From Vicugna vicugna (taxonomy: Eukaryota), in the NCBI GenBank assembly GCA_013265495.1, contig MU063738.1, positions 496,001 through 560,000 of the forward strand: a stretch of DNA of 64,000 nt, read 5' to 3'. This document shows, piece by piece, positions 23,340-34,960 of the stretch. Numbering within the stretch: the first letter of the stretch is position 1; each line of letters begins with the position of its first letter. The position numbers and the translations under genes are program-made. The notes beneath the pieces are model-generated. The model was not told the DNA's origin. It ran no database searches and saw nothing but the letters and a program-made list of their open reading frames with translations.

Positions 23340-26300
23340 ATGACCCAGCCTCCACCCGACCAGGCACCACCCAAGAAGCACGTGCGGCTGCAGGAGAGGT
23401 GAGACCTTCTGTGGGGGTCCTTCCCAGCCCCCAGCCCTGCCCGCCCCCCCCCACTGCCTCTCCAGCCTGGAAAGGAAGCCAGATGTGCTCATTTGCATGC
23501 CCTTTACACGTCTGGGGCACCAAGTTTGTGCCTGGGCCCCAAACCCCAGGTCAGCTTGAGCAGCCCTGGCGTGGGGGCCTAGAAGGAGGGCCAGGAACGG
23601 GAGGTGGGGGCAGCCGGGCTCAGGGCTGCCTGCTCTGGTGCACATGGGATGGGGCGTGGCGGGGCCCTGGGCCAAGGGGAGGACGAGGAGCGGCCTCCCT
23701 GGCCCAGAACAGCCAGAAGGCGGGCGCGAGGGGCTCACCGCCATCCGTGCTGCAGGCGGGGCTCCAACGTCTCTCTGACGCTGGACGTGCGGTCCCTGGG
23801 GGCCGTGGAGCCAGTCTGCTGCGTGAGCACGCCCCGCGAGGTCACCCTGCACTTCCTGCGCACAGCCGGGCACCCCCTCACCCGCTGGACCCTGCAGCAC
23901 CAGCCGCCCAGCCCCAAGCAGCTGGAAGAGGAGTTCCTGGTAAGAACGTGGGGTCCCCTGGGAACCACTGCAGCCCCTGGCCTCACCCCATTATGGCCTG
24001 CGGGCCTGTGCCATTTGGGAGCCCTTAGGGAAGAGAGCTCTGGGGCTCCAGGAAAGAGCTCGCCCAGGCTCCCTCTTCCGCCCTCCACCCCATCCAGACC
24101 CATGTCTTGAGGCCAGGAAGGAGTGCCCAGGGCCCAGCTCTGCTAGGCCAGGTGGAGGGAGAGGAGGCTGGGAAGGGGTTGGCTGTTCACTCCTCCCTCC
24201 CCTGCCAGAAGATCCCCTCAAACTTCGTCAGCCCTGAAGACCTGAATGTTCCTGGCCACGCCTCCAAGGACCGATACAAGACCATCTTGCCAAGTAAGAA
24301 CTCCAGTAGGGGCTGGGGGCAGGGCGCAGTCCCTGGGGCCAGAGGAGTTCCGAAGGCAAGACACAAAGCCTCAGCCAGGGAGAGCTGCCTTCGTGGAGCC
24401 TCCTCTCTCGGCCGAGAAATACCCACAGCTGGACCTGGCCGGGGACAAAGGAGCAGCCACAACACCAGGATAAGAACAGGGCAGCACTGTGGCCAGCACT
24501 GCCCAGGAGGACCCCAGGAAGTTGATCTATGGTGCTATGATCCACATTTTACACATGAGGAAACTGAGTCACAGAGAAGTTGAGTAACTTGCCCAAGGTC
24601 ACACAGCCAGTTGAACCAAACCTTCTTCCCAGCTCAGGTTTGCAGGGGAAGAGGCCCCATCAGGATGGGCCTGCAGGAGAGGGCTCTGAGAATCCCGGGC
24701 GGAGGCAGGGCAGCGCTGGCGAGAGGACAGTGGCAAGACTGGAGCTGTGAGGGGTCGAGCCTGCAGGCTTGACACACCCAGGGTCAGACCCTCTTTTATT
24801 TCAGAGACAGGTGTGGGATCCTCCGGCCATGAGACCCAGGGAGACTCTCTCCCATCCAAGCAGCCTTATCTGGCTAACCCGCCTCCAGCAACCTCGTCTG
24901 GAGGCTGCAGCCCCCTGACTTGCCTGTTCTGATCTTCCCAGTGTCCTCGCCCTCTGCTGCCTGGGCTGATCAAGGGGCTGGACCCCAGGTACACTCTGTC
25001 CAGACCAGCTGGCCCTGGGGAGCCGGTCCCCTCTCCTTTCCCCCACAAACTAGCTTCATCCGGCTTAGACTTGGAGAAAGGCCTCCCCTTGGAAGAAAAG
25101 GCTAACATGCCCTGTGGCGGAATGAAGCCTGAGTCTGGGCCCAGGCGTGACTTTGGTTAAGTCGCTCATCTGAATCCCGTGGTCACCATCAGGACAAATT
25201 CTCCCTGCACAGCACCTCTCTCCCTGTTCCTCGTGGTCCGGCCCTCTTCCGCACCTCGCTATCTCCAGACTAGCATTCAGGGCTGCCCTCTCCTCGCTAG
25301 GCCGCCCCGCCCAGCACCACCCCGTTAACCTTCCCAGCTACTGCTTGGGTCACAGCACTCCACTGCTCAGGATCATTCTGTGGCTCCCTACTGTCTGCAC
25401 ATGAAATAATCCCACAGGCATCGGGCCAGCTGCTGTACACAGGGACCACGCAAGCCCGGCACACTCCTCTTCCCACCTTTGACCTGTGGCCCTGCTGCTT
25501 TTCATTTCCTAGACCCCCAGAGCCGCGTCTGTCTGGGCCGGGCACAGAGCCAGGAGGACGGGGACTACATCAACGCCAACTACATCCGGGTGAGTCACTG
25601 GCAGGGACGGGATGGGGGGGCCGTGTCCCGAGACCCCCCCAGGACGCTTCCCAGTGTGGCTGGAGGTTTGGGCTCCCTGTGTCTGGGCTCCAACCCCCCC
25701 GCTGCCATGGCCCGGGGCCGAGCCTCCAGGCCTCCAGGCCTCCAGGATGCCCCCTGGGAGCACAGAGCAGACATCAAATGATGCTGGAATTAGACCTCTG
25801 GTGCCCTATGTCCATCCTGTCAGCCTGCCCCTGCCAGCCTCTCAGCATGGAAGGCAGCACGGTCCAGCCCCCTTGACTCCCAGGTCTGCGCGGGAGCATG
25901 CGGCCGGCCCCTTCTCCCTCTCTCTCTCCCTCGCTGCTCCTCACGCGGCCCCTCCTTTGTGGAGGCAGAGGGCCACCAAGGTCGACTTACTCAGTCACAG
26001 GGAGCAGGTGGCCAGCAGAGGCGGGAGGCAGTGGGTGTGAGGGCAGTGCCCTCTGGCGGCTCAGAGTGGGTAGCACAACGGCCGGGTGCAGGGAGGCGAC
26101 CAGCCCTCGCGCCTGGGGACACATGGTCGCCCATCTGCCTGTGGAAACCAGGTGAACAGGGGTCTGGATTTCACTGGCTCTGGAGGGTGGGGAGCTGAGG
26201 ATTCTGAAGGGGAGAAGAAAAGGCTACATCTTGCTACTAAACATACAAAGTAACACGTAAGTGTGAAACTTCCACTCAACAAGTGTTGCCCTGCCTTCTC

Positions 26301-29300
26301 CGCACTTTGTAGATGGCAGCGAGCGGGGGAGGGGACGGACGTCACAGAGGCCCTGGCCCTCAACACACTCTGCCGAGTGTCGCCCGCACCTCACACCCGC
26401 TAGAAACTACCCCTGATTTGCAGGCAAGACGCTGGGGGCTGTCGGCAGCAGAACCAGGCTTTGAAGCCAGGTGCCCCTCACTCGGACACGCGGCTGCCGG
26501 TGTGCGCGTCTGTGCTCCTGTGCGTCCAGGGGCGCACGCTCCCCGACCTCAGCCTGACCCCAACCTGCAGCCCCTGGGCTCTGGCCTCACCGCCCACCCT
26601 CCTCCGTGCCTCTGCCGCAGGGCTACGGCGGGAAGGACAGGGCCTACATTGCGACCCAGGGCCCCATGCCCAACACCGTGTCGGACTTCTGGGAGATGGT
26701 ATGGCAGGAGGAGGTGAAGCTCGTCATCATGCTCACTCGGCTCCGAGAGGGCAAGGAGGTAGGCGGCCAGGGCGCTGCCCCCAGTGAGCCCAGAAATGGC
26801 TGCACCCCGCCCCAATGCAGTCAGCCTTGCTCCGGGCAGCTCAGGACACCTGTACACCCCAAAATACACCACCTGGAGGCCAGCCACAGCTGCGGAGGCG
26901 GGGGCACTTTATCTGCAGGTGTCAAGCTCTAGCTGGGGTGGACATGGTGGGGGACCCCATTCCCCTCTCTGCTGCCCTGGTCCCCACTCCAGCCCACAGA
27001 CCCTCCCCCTCTGACTCCCAGCTCCCTCCCTCCCAGAAATGTGTCCACTACTGGCCCACAGAAGAGGAAACCTACGGGCCCTTCCACATTTGCACCCAAG
27101 ACGTGAGAGAGTGTTCAGAATACACTGTGCGGCAGCTCACTGTCCAGGTACCTCTCTGGTTCGCGGGGACGTCGGGACACCCCTTAGCCTCTGGGACCCG
27201 GGGCCGACCTCCACTGAGAGTCAGGCGTTTGCTCGCCCAAACCTGCTGGAATTCACACCTGAAAGATGCCCTTGAGGCCCAGAGAAAGAGGGACAGGGAT
27301 GCTGTCCTCAGGGAGCCTCTGATCCCGCGGGACAGTGCCAACAAGCCACATGGGCACCTGTGCCAAAGAGCCAGGAGGAGGGCGGGGGTGCTCCAGTGGT
27401 CAGTGGTTTGCACAACAACGTGCAGAAGTGCCTAGAAGCTCGCCTATTACCGTGGAGTGTCTCCTACTCCTCAAAGCACTTCTCCATGGAGTCACTGTCC
27501 TCAGAGCATCACTGTCCCCATTTTCAAGGTTAAGGACTCGAACTTGGGTCTCACCCTCCCCTCATACTGTTCCCTCCCCACGTTTCAGAGGAGGGAGTGG
27601 TCGAGCACCTTGGGCAGGACAAGGCTGGTTCTCTGCTCGGGGTCCATGGCTGCGCCGGGTCACTCAGCCCTGGCACCAGAGAAGGTGGACAGCGCCTTCG
27701 TCCTGTTCCCAGTTCTCATGCCTTGTCCCCTCCCAGTACCAGGAGGAGTGCCGGTCTGTGAAACACATCCTCTTCTCGGCCTGGCCTGACCACCAGACCC
27801 CAGAATCAGCTGGGCCCCTGCTGCGACTGGTGGCCGAGGTGGAGGACAGCCCAGAGACAGCGGCCAGCACGGGGCCCATCGTGGTCCACTGCAGGTACGT
27901 GTCCCCTCTGCGGCAGCCCTTCCCTCCCACTGGGCCTCTCCTAGGAAGGGTCTAGGCAGAGCGGGGCCGGGCAGGCCCAGTTCTCACCTGGACAGGAACC
28001 TCTAGGTCATTAAGCAGGCACTTCTCTCTTTCTTCCTGCTGCAGAACCTGGACACCCGGGCACAGTCCAGAGAGGCAGCTCCCATTAAGCTGGGGGAGGA
28101 GAGGGACATGGTGTCGGGACCTCATCTATTCATCTCCCACACATCTACTGAAAATCTCATTGCCAGGTGCAGTGTTAGGTGCTAAGGAGACAGCTGTGAA
28201 CAAGGCAGGCTGGTGGGGAAGATGGCAGATAAACGAACAGGTGACGAGAGAATGATGTGGGTGTGGGGCACAGGACCAAGTCACCTAACTCAGATTTTGA
28301 CGAGAGAAGGTCTTTCACGAAAAGGGACCTCCAAGCCAAGCTAAGACCTGGAAGATGAATTAGCCGAGGGTAGTGGAGGGGAGCCTCCCAGGCAGGCAAA
28401 GCAGCACGTGCAAAGGTCCAGAGGTGCAGTTCAGAAACTGATGGGTTGCTGAGAGTGGAGTTAGAGAATGCAGGCCTGGGGGCCGTGGGGGGACAGGGAT
28501 GAGAGACGAGGCTGGAAGGCAAGTGCAGGCCCACTGATGAGGGGGCTTGCGGGACTGGCCAAGAAGCCTGAATTTGCCATTTAAAAGAATACTTAAGCCA
28601 CAAGCAAAAAAGTGGATTTGGGGGAGATGCAGGGGGCAGATTTAAAATAAGGAAAACATTTGGGAGTGCATACCCTAAACAGAAGGCAGAGCCCAGGGCA
28701 CAGATAGAGCGTCTGGAACCTCTGCCCCACAGGGGACACCTGGACACAGTGAGGGGGTCAGGAGTGGCTCCCATCAGCCGTCCACATGGGAAGACTTCTC
28801 ACGGGAGGGGATCCTGAGAAGACTTTGGAATCAAGGGCAAGACAGACTGGAGGAGAGAGACTGGGCAGGACTGAGGGGGCCACGGGAGCATGAGCAGCTG
28901 TGAAGACGAGTGACCACTAGGGAAGGGGCCCCATGTGGGCGCTGCCGGCTGGAAACCGCTATCTACCGCCCGCCAAAATGTCCCCAGGGACCGGAGGGTG
29001 ACCTGGGGTAGGTCTGGAGTGGGGCTGTGAGGCGCGTGACCTCCTCCACGCCAGGCTCAGCCTGTGCAGGTAGCACTACTTCCCCCCACGCCATGCCCGG
29101 ATAGAGTCCCCTTGGTCCCTAGCACCTTCTCTACAGTGTGGGGCCTGCTCCCGGCCTGCCCGGCCCCCTGTGACCTCCCCACCCTCCTCTGGCTACACCC
29201 AGTGCAGGGATCGGCCGCACCGGCTGCTTCATCGCCACCCGAATTGGCTGCCAGCAGCTGAAGGCCCGAGGGGAGGTGGACATTCTGGGCATCGTGTGCC

Positions 29301-29677
29301 AACTGCGGCTGGACAGGTGGGTCCGTGCACGTCACCGGGACTGAGACACGAACAGGGGCACCGATGCCTCTCGGGGGCCGAGTACCCACAGGTGCGGCGG
29401 CACCTCCCGTGAGACAGGAAGGGCTCTTTTGCTTAAAGAGATGCTTCTTCTGCAGCTCACGCCCAGAAAGGCATCTCTACCTAGAACTTCAGCTCTCTGG
29501 GGGGCCTAGAGGTAGGCCCCTCCCATAGGATGCCGCCGCCTGAACAGACCCCTTGCTCACAGTCTGGGTGCCTCTCCCCACAGGGGGGGCATGATCCAGA
29601 CGGCGGAGCAGTACCAGTTCCTGCACCACACCTTGGCCTTGTACGCTGCCCAGCTGCCGGAGGAGCCCAGCCCCTGA
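23340..29677 (+). CDS. PTPN7: Tyrosine-protein phosphatase non-receptor type 7 (HePTP), 339 aa
   Basis: Exons 23340-23398, 23756-23939, 24209-24293, 25513-25589, 26621-26758, 27037-27147, 27737-27894, 29203-29316, 29584-29677; 1020 nt, all GT-AG, phases consistent. KIM LQERRGSNV, WPD loop, [11 protein letters not shown], ends QLPEEPSP*. An in-frame ATG at 23292 could add 16 aa. Confidence 0.97.
24530..24615 (-). mobile_element. MIR core
   Basis: cacattttacacatgaggaaactgagtcacagagaagttgagtaacttgcccaaggtcacacagc. Confidence 0.75.
28130..28620 (-). mobile_element. L2 3' fragment
   Basis: gttaggtgctaaggagacagctgtgaacaag ... ggcaaagcagcacgtgcaaaggtccagagg, typical antisense L2 3' text. Confidence 0.6.
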
Positions 29678-31163
29678 CCCCTGGTGCCCTCCCCAGCCTG
29701 GGGGGCTGCCCCCTCCCGCCAGGCCTGGAAAGATGGGTCTGGGGAAAGCAGGACTTGTGACCTGGGGGACCCCTGGGGTGGGCATGGGAATGGGTGCCCC
29801 TCAGATGGGTGCCACTTCCTCCAAGGGCCCCAAGTGGACCCTTGGGGGACCCCCATGTCTCTCTGAGCCTAAAGCCAGGGGCTGACGCTTACACCAGAGC
29901 TGGAAAGAGGCCCAGGTGCCCTGGTCTCTGAAATGCCACATAAGCGCCAGCCTCTCCCGCCGAAATGGATGTCAAATGCTTTGCTGCCATCAGGAGAAAG
30001 CAGTCCAAGGGGCCCCCAGAAGCCGTGCCAGCTCCACTCCCTCCCCAGGGCCAGCAAGAAAGGGACCCCAAGATCATCCTCCACCCATGCCCTGCCCAGC
30101 AACAGGCCAAGCGCCCAAGCTGGGGAAAGTCTGGTCCTCCTTGGTCAAGTCCTCAGCCTCCTCTCAGTGACTCTCTGCTTCCTCAGCCCACATCTGTGAG
30201 GCTGAACACCCCACAAAGAGAACAAGGACCCAGACTCCGCCGGGTCCACACATGTGTCCAGGGAGCAGACTACAGAGGTGAACCAGCCAGACAGTTGAAA
30301 TCTCTGGAAGATGGAAAGTGTGGGGACCCCTTGGAGGCCCAGATGGCGGCCCGCACCTCCGTAACTGCCAGCCACCAGCTGCCAGCTCCTCCCTAGGGAG
30401 ACCCTCTGCCTGCCTTCTGACCTCAGTGGGGGCTGCAAGTACCCAGGAAGCACACAGGAAACGGGATGAGGGAGCCGGAAGCTCGGCCTGATTACAGACA
30501 ACCAGCCCGCCACACCCTCCGCCCTGCAGAGCACGCAGGGACTGCGTGGCTATTTCAGGAACAACCTGGCTTAAAGCACCCTATGCAGACCCAGGGGCTC
30601 AGGCTGAACCAGGACCCCTCACGTCTACCCAACCAGGCAAACTCTCTTCCGAGTCTCACATCAACACAATGTCCAGGGTTAGACCCATCTCAGGGCTGAA
30701 CTCTGCTCCCCAGGGAGGCCTCCAAATCCTTGGTCCGCGAACCCAAGACAGGCTGCTACGGGGGAGGAGAGCAGCCTCCGGCTCTCCAGGCGCTGGGCCC
30801 TGGCACTGCCTTCGCGATGCCGGTCCTCCGTGGAACCCCCGGGAGCCGGACCCCAGACAGCAGCTGGGCCTCTAGCGCGGATGTCTCTTCCGAAGACCGT
30901 GCAGCGCTGGAGCTGAGGCTGATGTTCTTGGTGCTTCTGCTTGGCCTCCTTACTCCCACACAGGAACCTCCCCAGCCCTGTGAGAGGCACCCTGGGGCCC
31001 GTGGAGCTGGGCGCAGAGCCCTCAGGTGCCCAAGCTTGTCCTGAGCTCAGACCCTGCGGGACGAAAGGCACCACACAGGCCCACAGCACCCCCACCCTGG
31101 GTCCTGCTGCCCCGTCCCACTCCAGAGCTCAGGGAGCAGACCCGGAAAGACCCCAGGCGGGAA

Positions 31164-31169
31164 AATAAA
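31164..31169 (+). terminator. Polyadenylation signal of PTPN7
   Basis: AATAAA about 1.5 kb after the stop, the first canonical signal noticed. Confidence 0.65.
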
Positions 31170-32331
31170 GGCTTGTCAGACGGCTGAGGCAGTCCTTCTT
31201 TCCATCGTCTTCTCGGGCCTCTGGAGCCCCTTTACAGCAATAGAGAGCGTAGGAATCCACAGAGCAGGAGCAGGCTGCGGGTCTTCATCCCAGACGTGCG
31301 CCTCTACAGCGCTTCCAGGGACACATGAAACAGATGAGACTGGAGTCGCTTTGGGAAACAGGGCAAAGCATTCCTTGGGCGCTCCAGAGGGACTTAACAA
31401 ACGGCAGGGATGAGAAAGACCACGGAACTTAACAACGTAACACCCCAGAATATTATGCTGGGCCAGGACTCTGGGATTCCTCCACTGTGGCAATTCGAGG
31501 TCATCTCGGGTGGGTTTTGTAGGTTGACATTGAAGGTTTCTGCACCTTTGACTAAAACGATAGACATGTGGGTGCAGATGAACGCCAAATGCTGAGGGGC
31601 ACCCAGGGTGGGCTGGGGACTTCGGGGGTCAGCAGGTCCCCAGGTTACATCCTCCAGGGACGGGCATCTTGGCAGGCTCCTCACCTCGCACCATCAGCTC
31701 TCCCAAAGAAAACTGGCTTTTACCGAAGTGGTTTTTTTTTTTTTCGTTTGTGGCAAAACTCCTCACAGGCGATGTCCAGCGAGATTTTATTTGTTTAAGT
31801 ATCATGGTGACCCCCGTGAAGCTCCCTGTGAGCCAGAGGCTTCCTAAACAAGTGGCTTGGGTACCTTGGGGTCAACAAACCCTCACTGGGCTGCTCTTCC
31901 CCGCTGGGTACCGTGTGAGAGGGCGGGCTCAGTGCCTGGAGATGCTCGGAGGCAAGAACTCAGGGAACAAAAGCCCTGTTCGCCCCTTCTCAGGCTCCTC
32001 ATAGACCTGCTCCGCGGGTCCTGGAAGCCCAGGAGCTACCCTCCTCCAGCCTCCTCCACCCGGGAAGTGTTCCTGCTCAGTGGGCCCTCACTCCCCGCGC
32101 TCCCCCACCCCCACCCCCGCCCCGCATAAAGGACGGGGCCGCCAATCAGGGCGCGGCAGCCCGCGAAGGGGAAAAATAAAATTGGAGCTCATCCCCCAAG
32201 TGGCCCCCGCCGCGCCGCCCGCCCGGCCAGCCCCGTTGCCTGCGGGCGCCCCGCCCGGCGCCCCGCCACCCGGCCCCGGGGCGAGGAGGAGCGCGCTTGG
32301 GGGCGAGCAGGGCCGGGCGGGCGGCGCGGGC

Positions 32332-32376
32332 GGAGGAGGAGGAGGAGGAGGAGGACGACGACGACGACGACGACGA
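32332..32376 (+). repeat. Compound trinucleotide microsatellite (GGA)8(CGA)7
   Basis: Counted directly: GGA x8 at 32332-32355, CGA x7 at 32356-32376. Confidence 0.95.
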
Positions 32377-32566
32377 CCAAGAGGAGGAGGGCGCGCCGAG
32401 GCCACACCCATTGGCGCGCCGATCCGGGCAGCGAGTCGTCGGCCGCCGCGCGCGCTCCAGCCGAGCCTCCGCCCGCACCGAGCCCGGGGACGGGCCGCAC
32501 CGGGGAGGGGCCGCTCCGGCCGCTGCGCGAGGGCACGAGGGGCGGCGGGGAGCCGGCACCGGGCAC

Positions 32567-32722
32567 NNNNNNNNNNNNNNNNNNNNNNNNNNNNNNNNNN
32601 NNNNNNNNNNNNNNNNNNNNNNNNNNNNNNNNNNNNNNNNNNNNNNNNNNNNNNNNNNNNNNNNNNNNNNNNNNNNNNNNNNNNNNNNNNNNNNNNNNNN
32701 NNNNNNNNNNNNNNNNNNNNNN
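32567..32722. other. ARL8A: Assembly gap (156 N) predicted to contain ARL8A coding exon 1
   Basis: Lies in the CpG island; exon 2 begins at SGQF in phase 0 and no MIALFNKLL-type exon is visible elsewhere. Confidence 0.8.
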
Positions 32723-34789
32723 GGCGCGGGCCGGCCTGCCTTCCGTCCCCGCCGCGCCCCGCGGGCCGGTCGCCGCCTGGCGTGGCCGGCGGGGAGGCGC
32801 GGGCCCGGGCGCGCGGGGCCTAGCCTGGCGCGTGAGGACCCGCGGCGCGCGCCCCGCTCTCCCGCCCGGGCCGAGATGGCACCGCCGGGCGCGGGGGCGG
32901 GGGACGAGGGGACGTGGCTGGTACCCCGGGACCGGCGGCCCAGAGGGTGTCACGCGGCCGGAGGGACCGCCGCCCGCAGAGACAGGCGCCCCCGGCCCCC
33001 GCGCCCCGGCGCATGACGGGGCGAAAGTGCCGGGCCTGACGGCTCCGCGTGCGGAGGGTCGCGGGACGGGGCGCCGGCGCGGCCTGCAGAGGGTCCTGGG
33101 CCGGGCCAGCCCAGCCCCACCCCGGGGGCTTAACCCCTCCGTGACGGAAGAGGAAGCCCCGGCGCCGTTGAGGGGGAGGGGAGGTGGCCCCTTGTGGGGA
33201 GTGGAGTCAGCCGAGGCCCTTGGCTCCAGCCCAGGCTCCTCCTCCGCGGGAACCTCTCCCCGACCACACTAGCGGGGGTCCGGGAGGATGGCACCCTCAG
33301 GGGAGTTCCGAGTCCGCCTGGCTCGGAAGTTGCAGAGTGAGGTGCCCTGGACCCGAGGAGGAGCTGGAGGGGCGCTGCCTGCTCTGGGAACACGGGAGTG
33401 GCTCTGAGGGTTTTGGGTGGTCAGCACCAAGGCGGGCAGCGTAAGCCTTTCAGTGCCAGGGAGTGGTGGGGAAGGGGTTAAAATCTGCCTCAGATAAAGG
33501 GGAAGATGGGCTCTCTGGGTGTGTGAGCTGAGCTGAGTAATGGCTGCGGCCTGCGTTTCAGAGCAGGGCTGAGCTGGGCTGAGCTGGGCCTGTGGGCTGA
33601 GGAAGGCTTGGGCAGGGGCTGGGGTTGTCCAGCGACCCGGCCTGGCTCCCAGACTGGGGTTCTGCGAACTGCGGATTGGCCAGATACGAGATGGGTCAGC
33701 AGAGCAGTGTGACTGGCCAGCCTGGTGCCTCCCCTGTCCGTGTTTTGCCCACCTCAAAGAGAAGGGTGGCAGACGCTGGAGGGGCAGGGACCCAGTGTTT
33801 GAGCACTGGCTCCATTTCCCAAATATACCTGCCAGTGACCTCTGCTCCTTCCCTGCCCAGGGGTCCTGACCTTTCTCCTGCAGGGCAGGTGCTTCAGGCC
33901 CTGGCTGGGGCTTGTTGACACGATGGTTTCTGAGCCAGCATGCGCCCCCTGGCTCCCAGCTGCCCAGGCTCTGGCCCTCCAGTCAGAGACCCCTGGTTAG
34001 ACCCGGCTGATCCTGCAGGCCTGGCTGGCTCAGCTTCAAGGCATCCAGACCTGGGCGATGTCTCTGGGGAGAGGCCAGGAGGAGCACCCGCTGCTGCACT
34101 ATCTCACCCTGGGAGTCACCCTGGTCCCCAGCAAAGTTCTCCTTGCCCAGGGTTTACCAAAGCCACGCTCCTGGACAGGTGGCTTGGTGCCCTGGTCAGG
34201 AGGTCCCTCTGGATTAGCATTGTATCCAGAGAGTGAGATGCTCTGGCAGGTCAGGAGAACCCAAGAGTCACAATTCCACTGCCAGGGCCCGGGGTGTCTG
34301 AGGTCTCCAGGGAGGGGTCCCCCTGCCTGGCCACAGGTGCCCCTCTTGGACATTGAATTTGCCACCTTGTATCGCACATCCTTAAAGTACAAGCTAAATT
34401 TTCCTAGAAAGAGGCTCCCAAGAACCACCTTCCCTCGTGGGCTGCAGTGGGAGTTCCAGCGTCAGGGTGAGGCCAGTGTTCTCAGCCTCTCTGGGCCACG
34501 GCCTCCCGCCCACCCCGTGTATAATAGCAATCGGGCTTTTCAGAAGGGAGCCAAGAGTCAGGACCTTGGGCTCTATCCCCGTGCCCACCACTGACTTCCT
34601 CAGTCACTTCTGCCTCTTCATGTGGCCTCTGTTGGTCTCAGCTTTTTCCCCATTTGGCTTTTACTACTCACTAATTGAGGCCTGACTGTAAACAGAAGTT
34701 GAGGCTCATGTGAGCTGGGAAGCCGCACACAGAGACTTCACAGGACTCCTCTGAGAACCCGAAACTCACCTCTGAGTTCTAAAAGTTTT

Positions 34790-34960
34790 CCTGCTAGAAA
34801 GAGTAGGTGTTTTGCCTGAGGGAAACAAGAGGACCATCTTCATATGTTTAAAAGTGTGGAAGACCAGCTTATGGAAGAACTATTCTTGGGGTGCCCGATG
34901 GGTAGACTTGGGGAGGAGCAGTGGAAGTTAAAGGAAGATGGGTTTTTGACTCACAGTAGA
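34790..34960 (+). mobile_element. L3/CR1-like fragment
   Basis: gaccatcttcatatgtttaaaag...actattcttgggg...gtggaagttaaaggaagatggg resembles the recalled L3 3' region. Confidence 0.4.

Larger units (their letters stand above)
32090..33200. promoter_or_regulatory. CpG island / ARL8A promoter
   Basis: Very dense CpG, GC boxes, CCAAT boxes at about 32142 (gccaatc) and 32409 (cattgg), surrounding the expected ARL8A exon 1. Confidence 0.85.

Noticed and set aside
32088-33016. Poly-Glu/Asp, poly-Arg and poly-Ser ORFs across the CpG island
   Set aside because: Translations of the triplet repeat running through Ns; no coding evidence.
33522-33600. GAGCT/GGGCT pentamers resembling an Ig switch region
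   Set aside because: Only about 80 bp and a few units; switch regions span kilobases.
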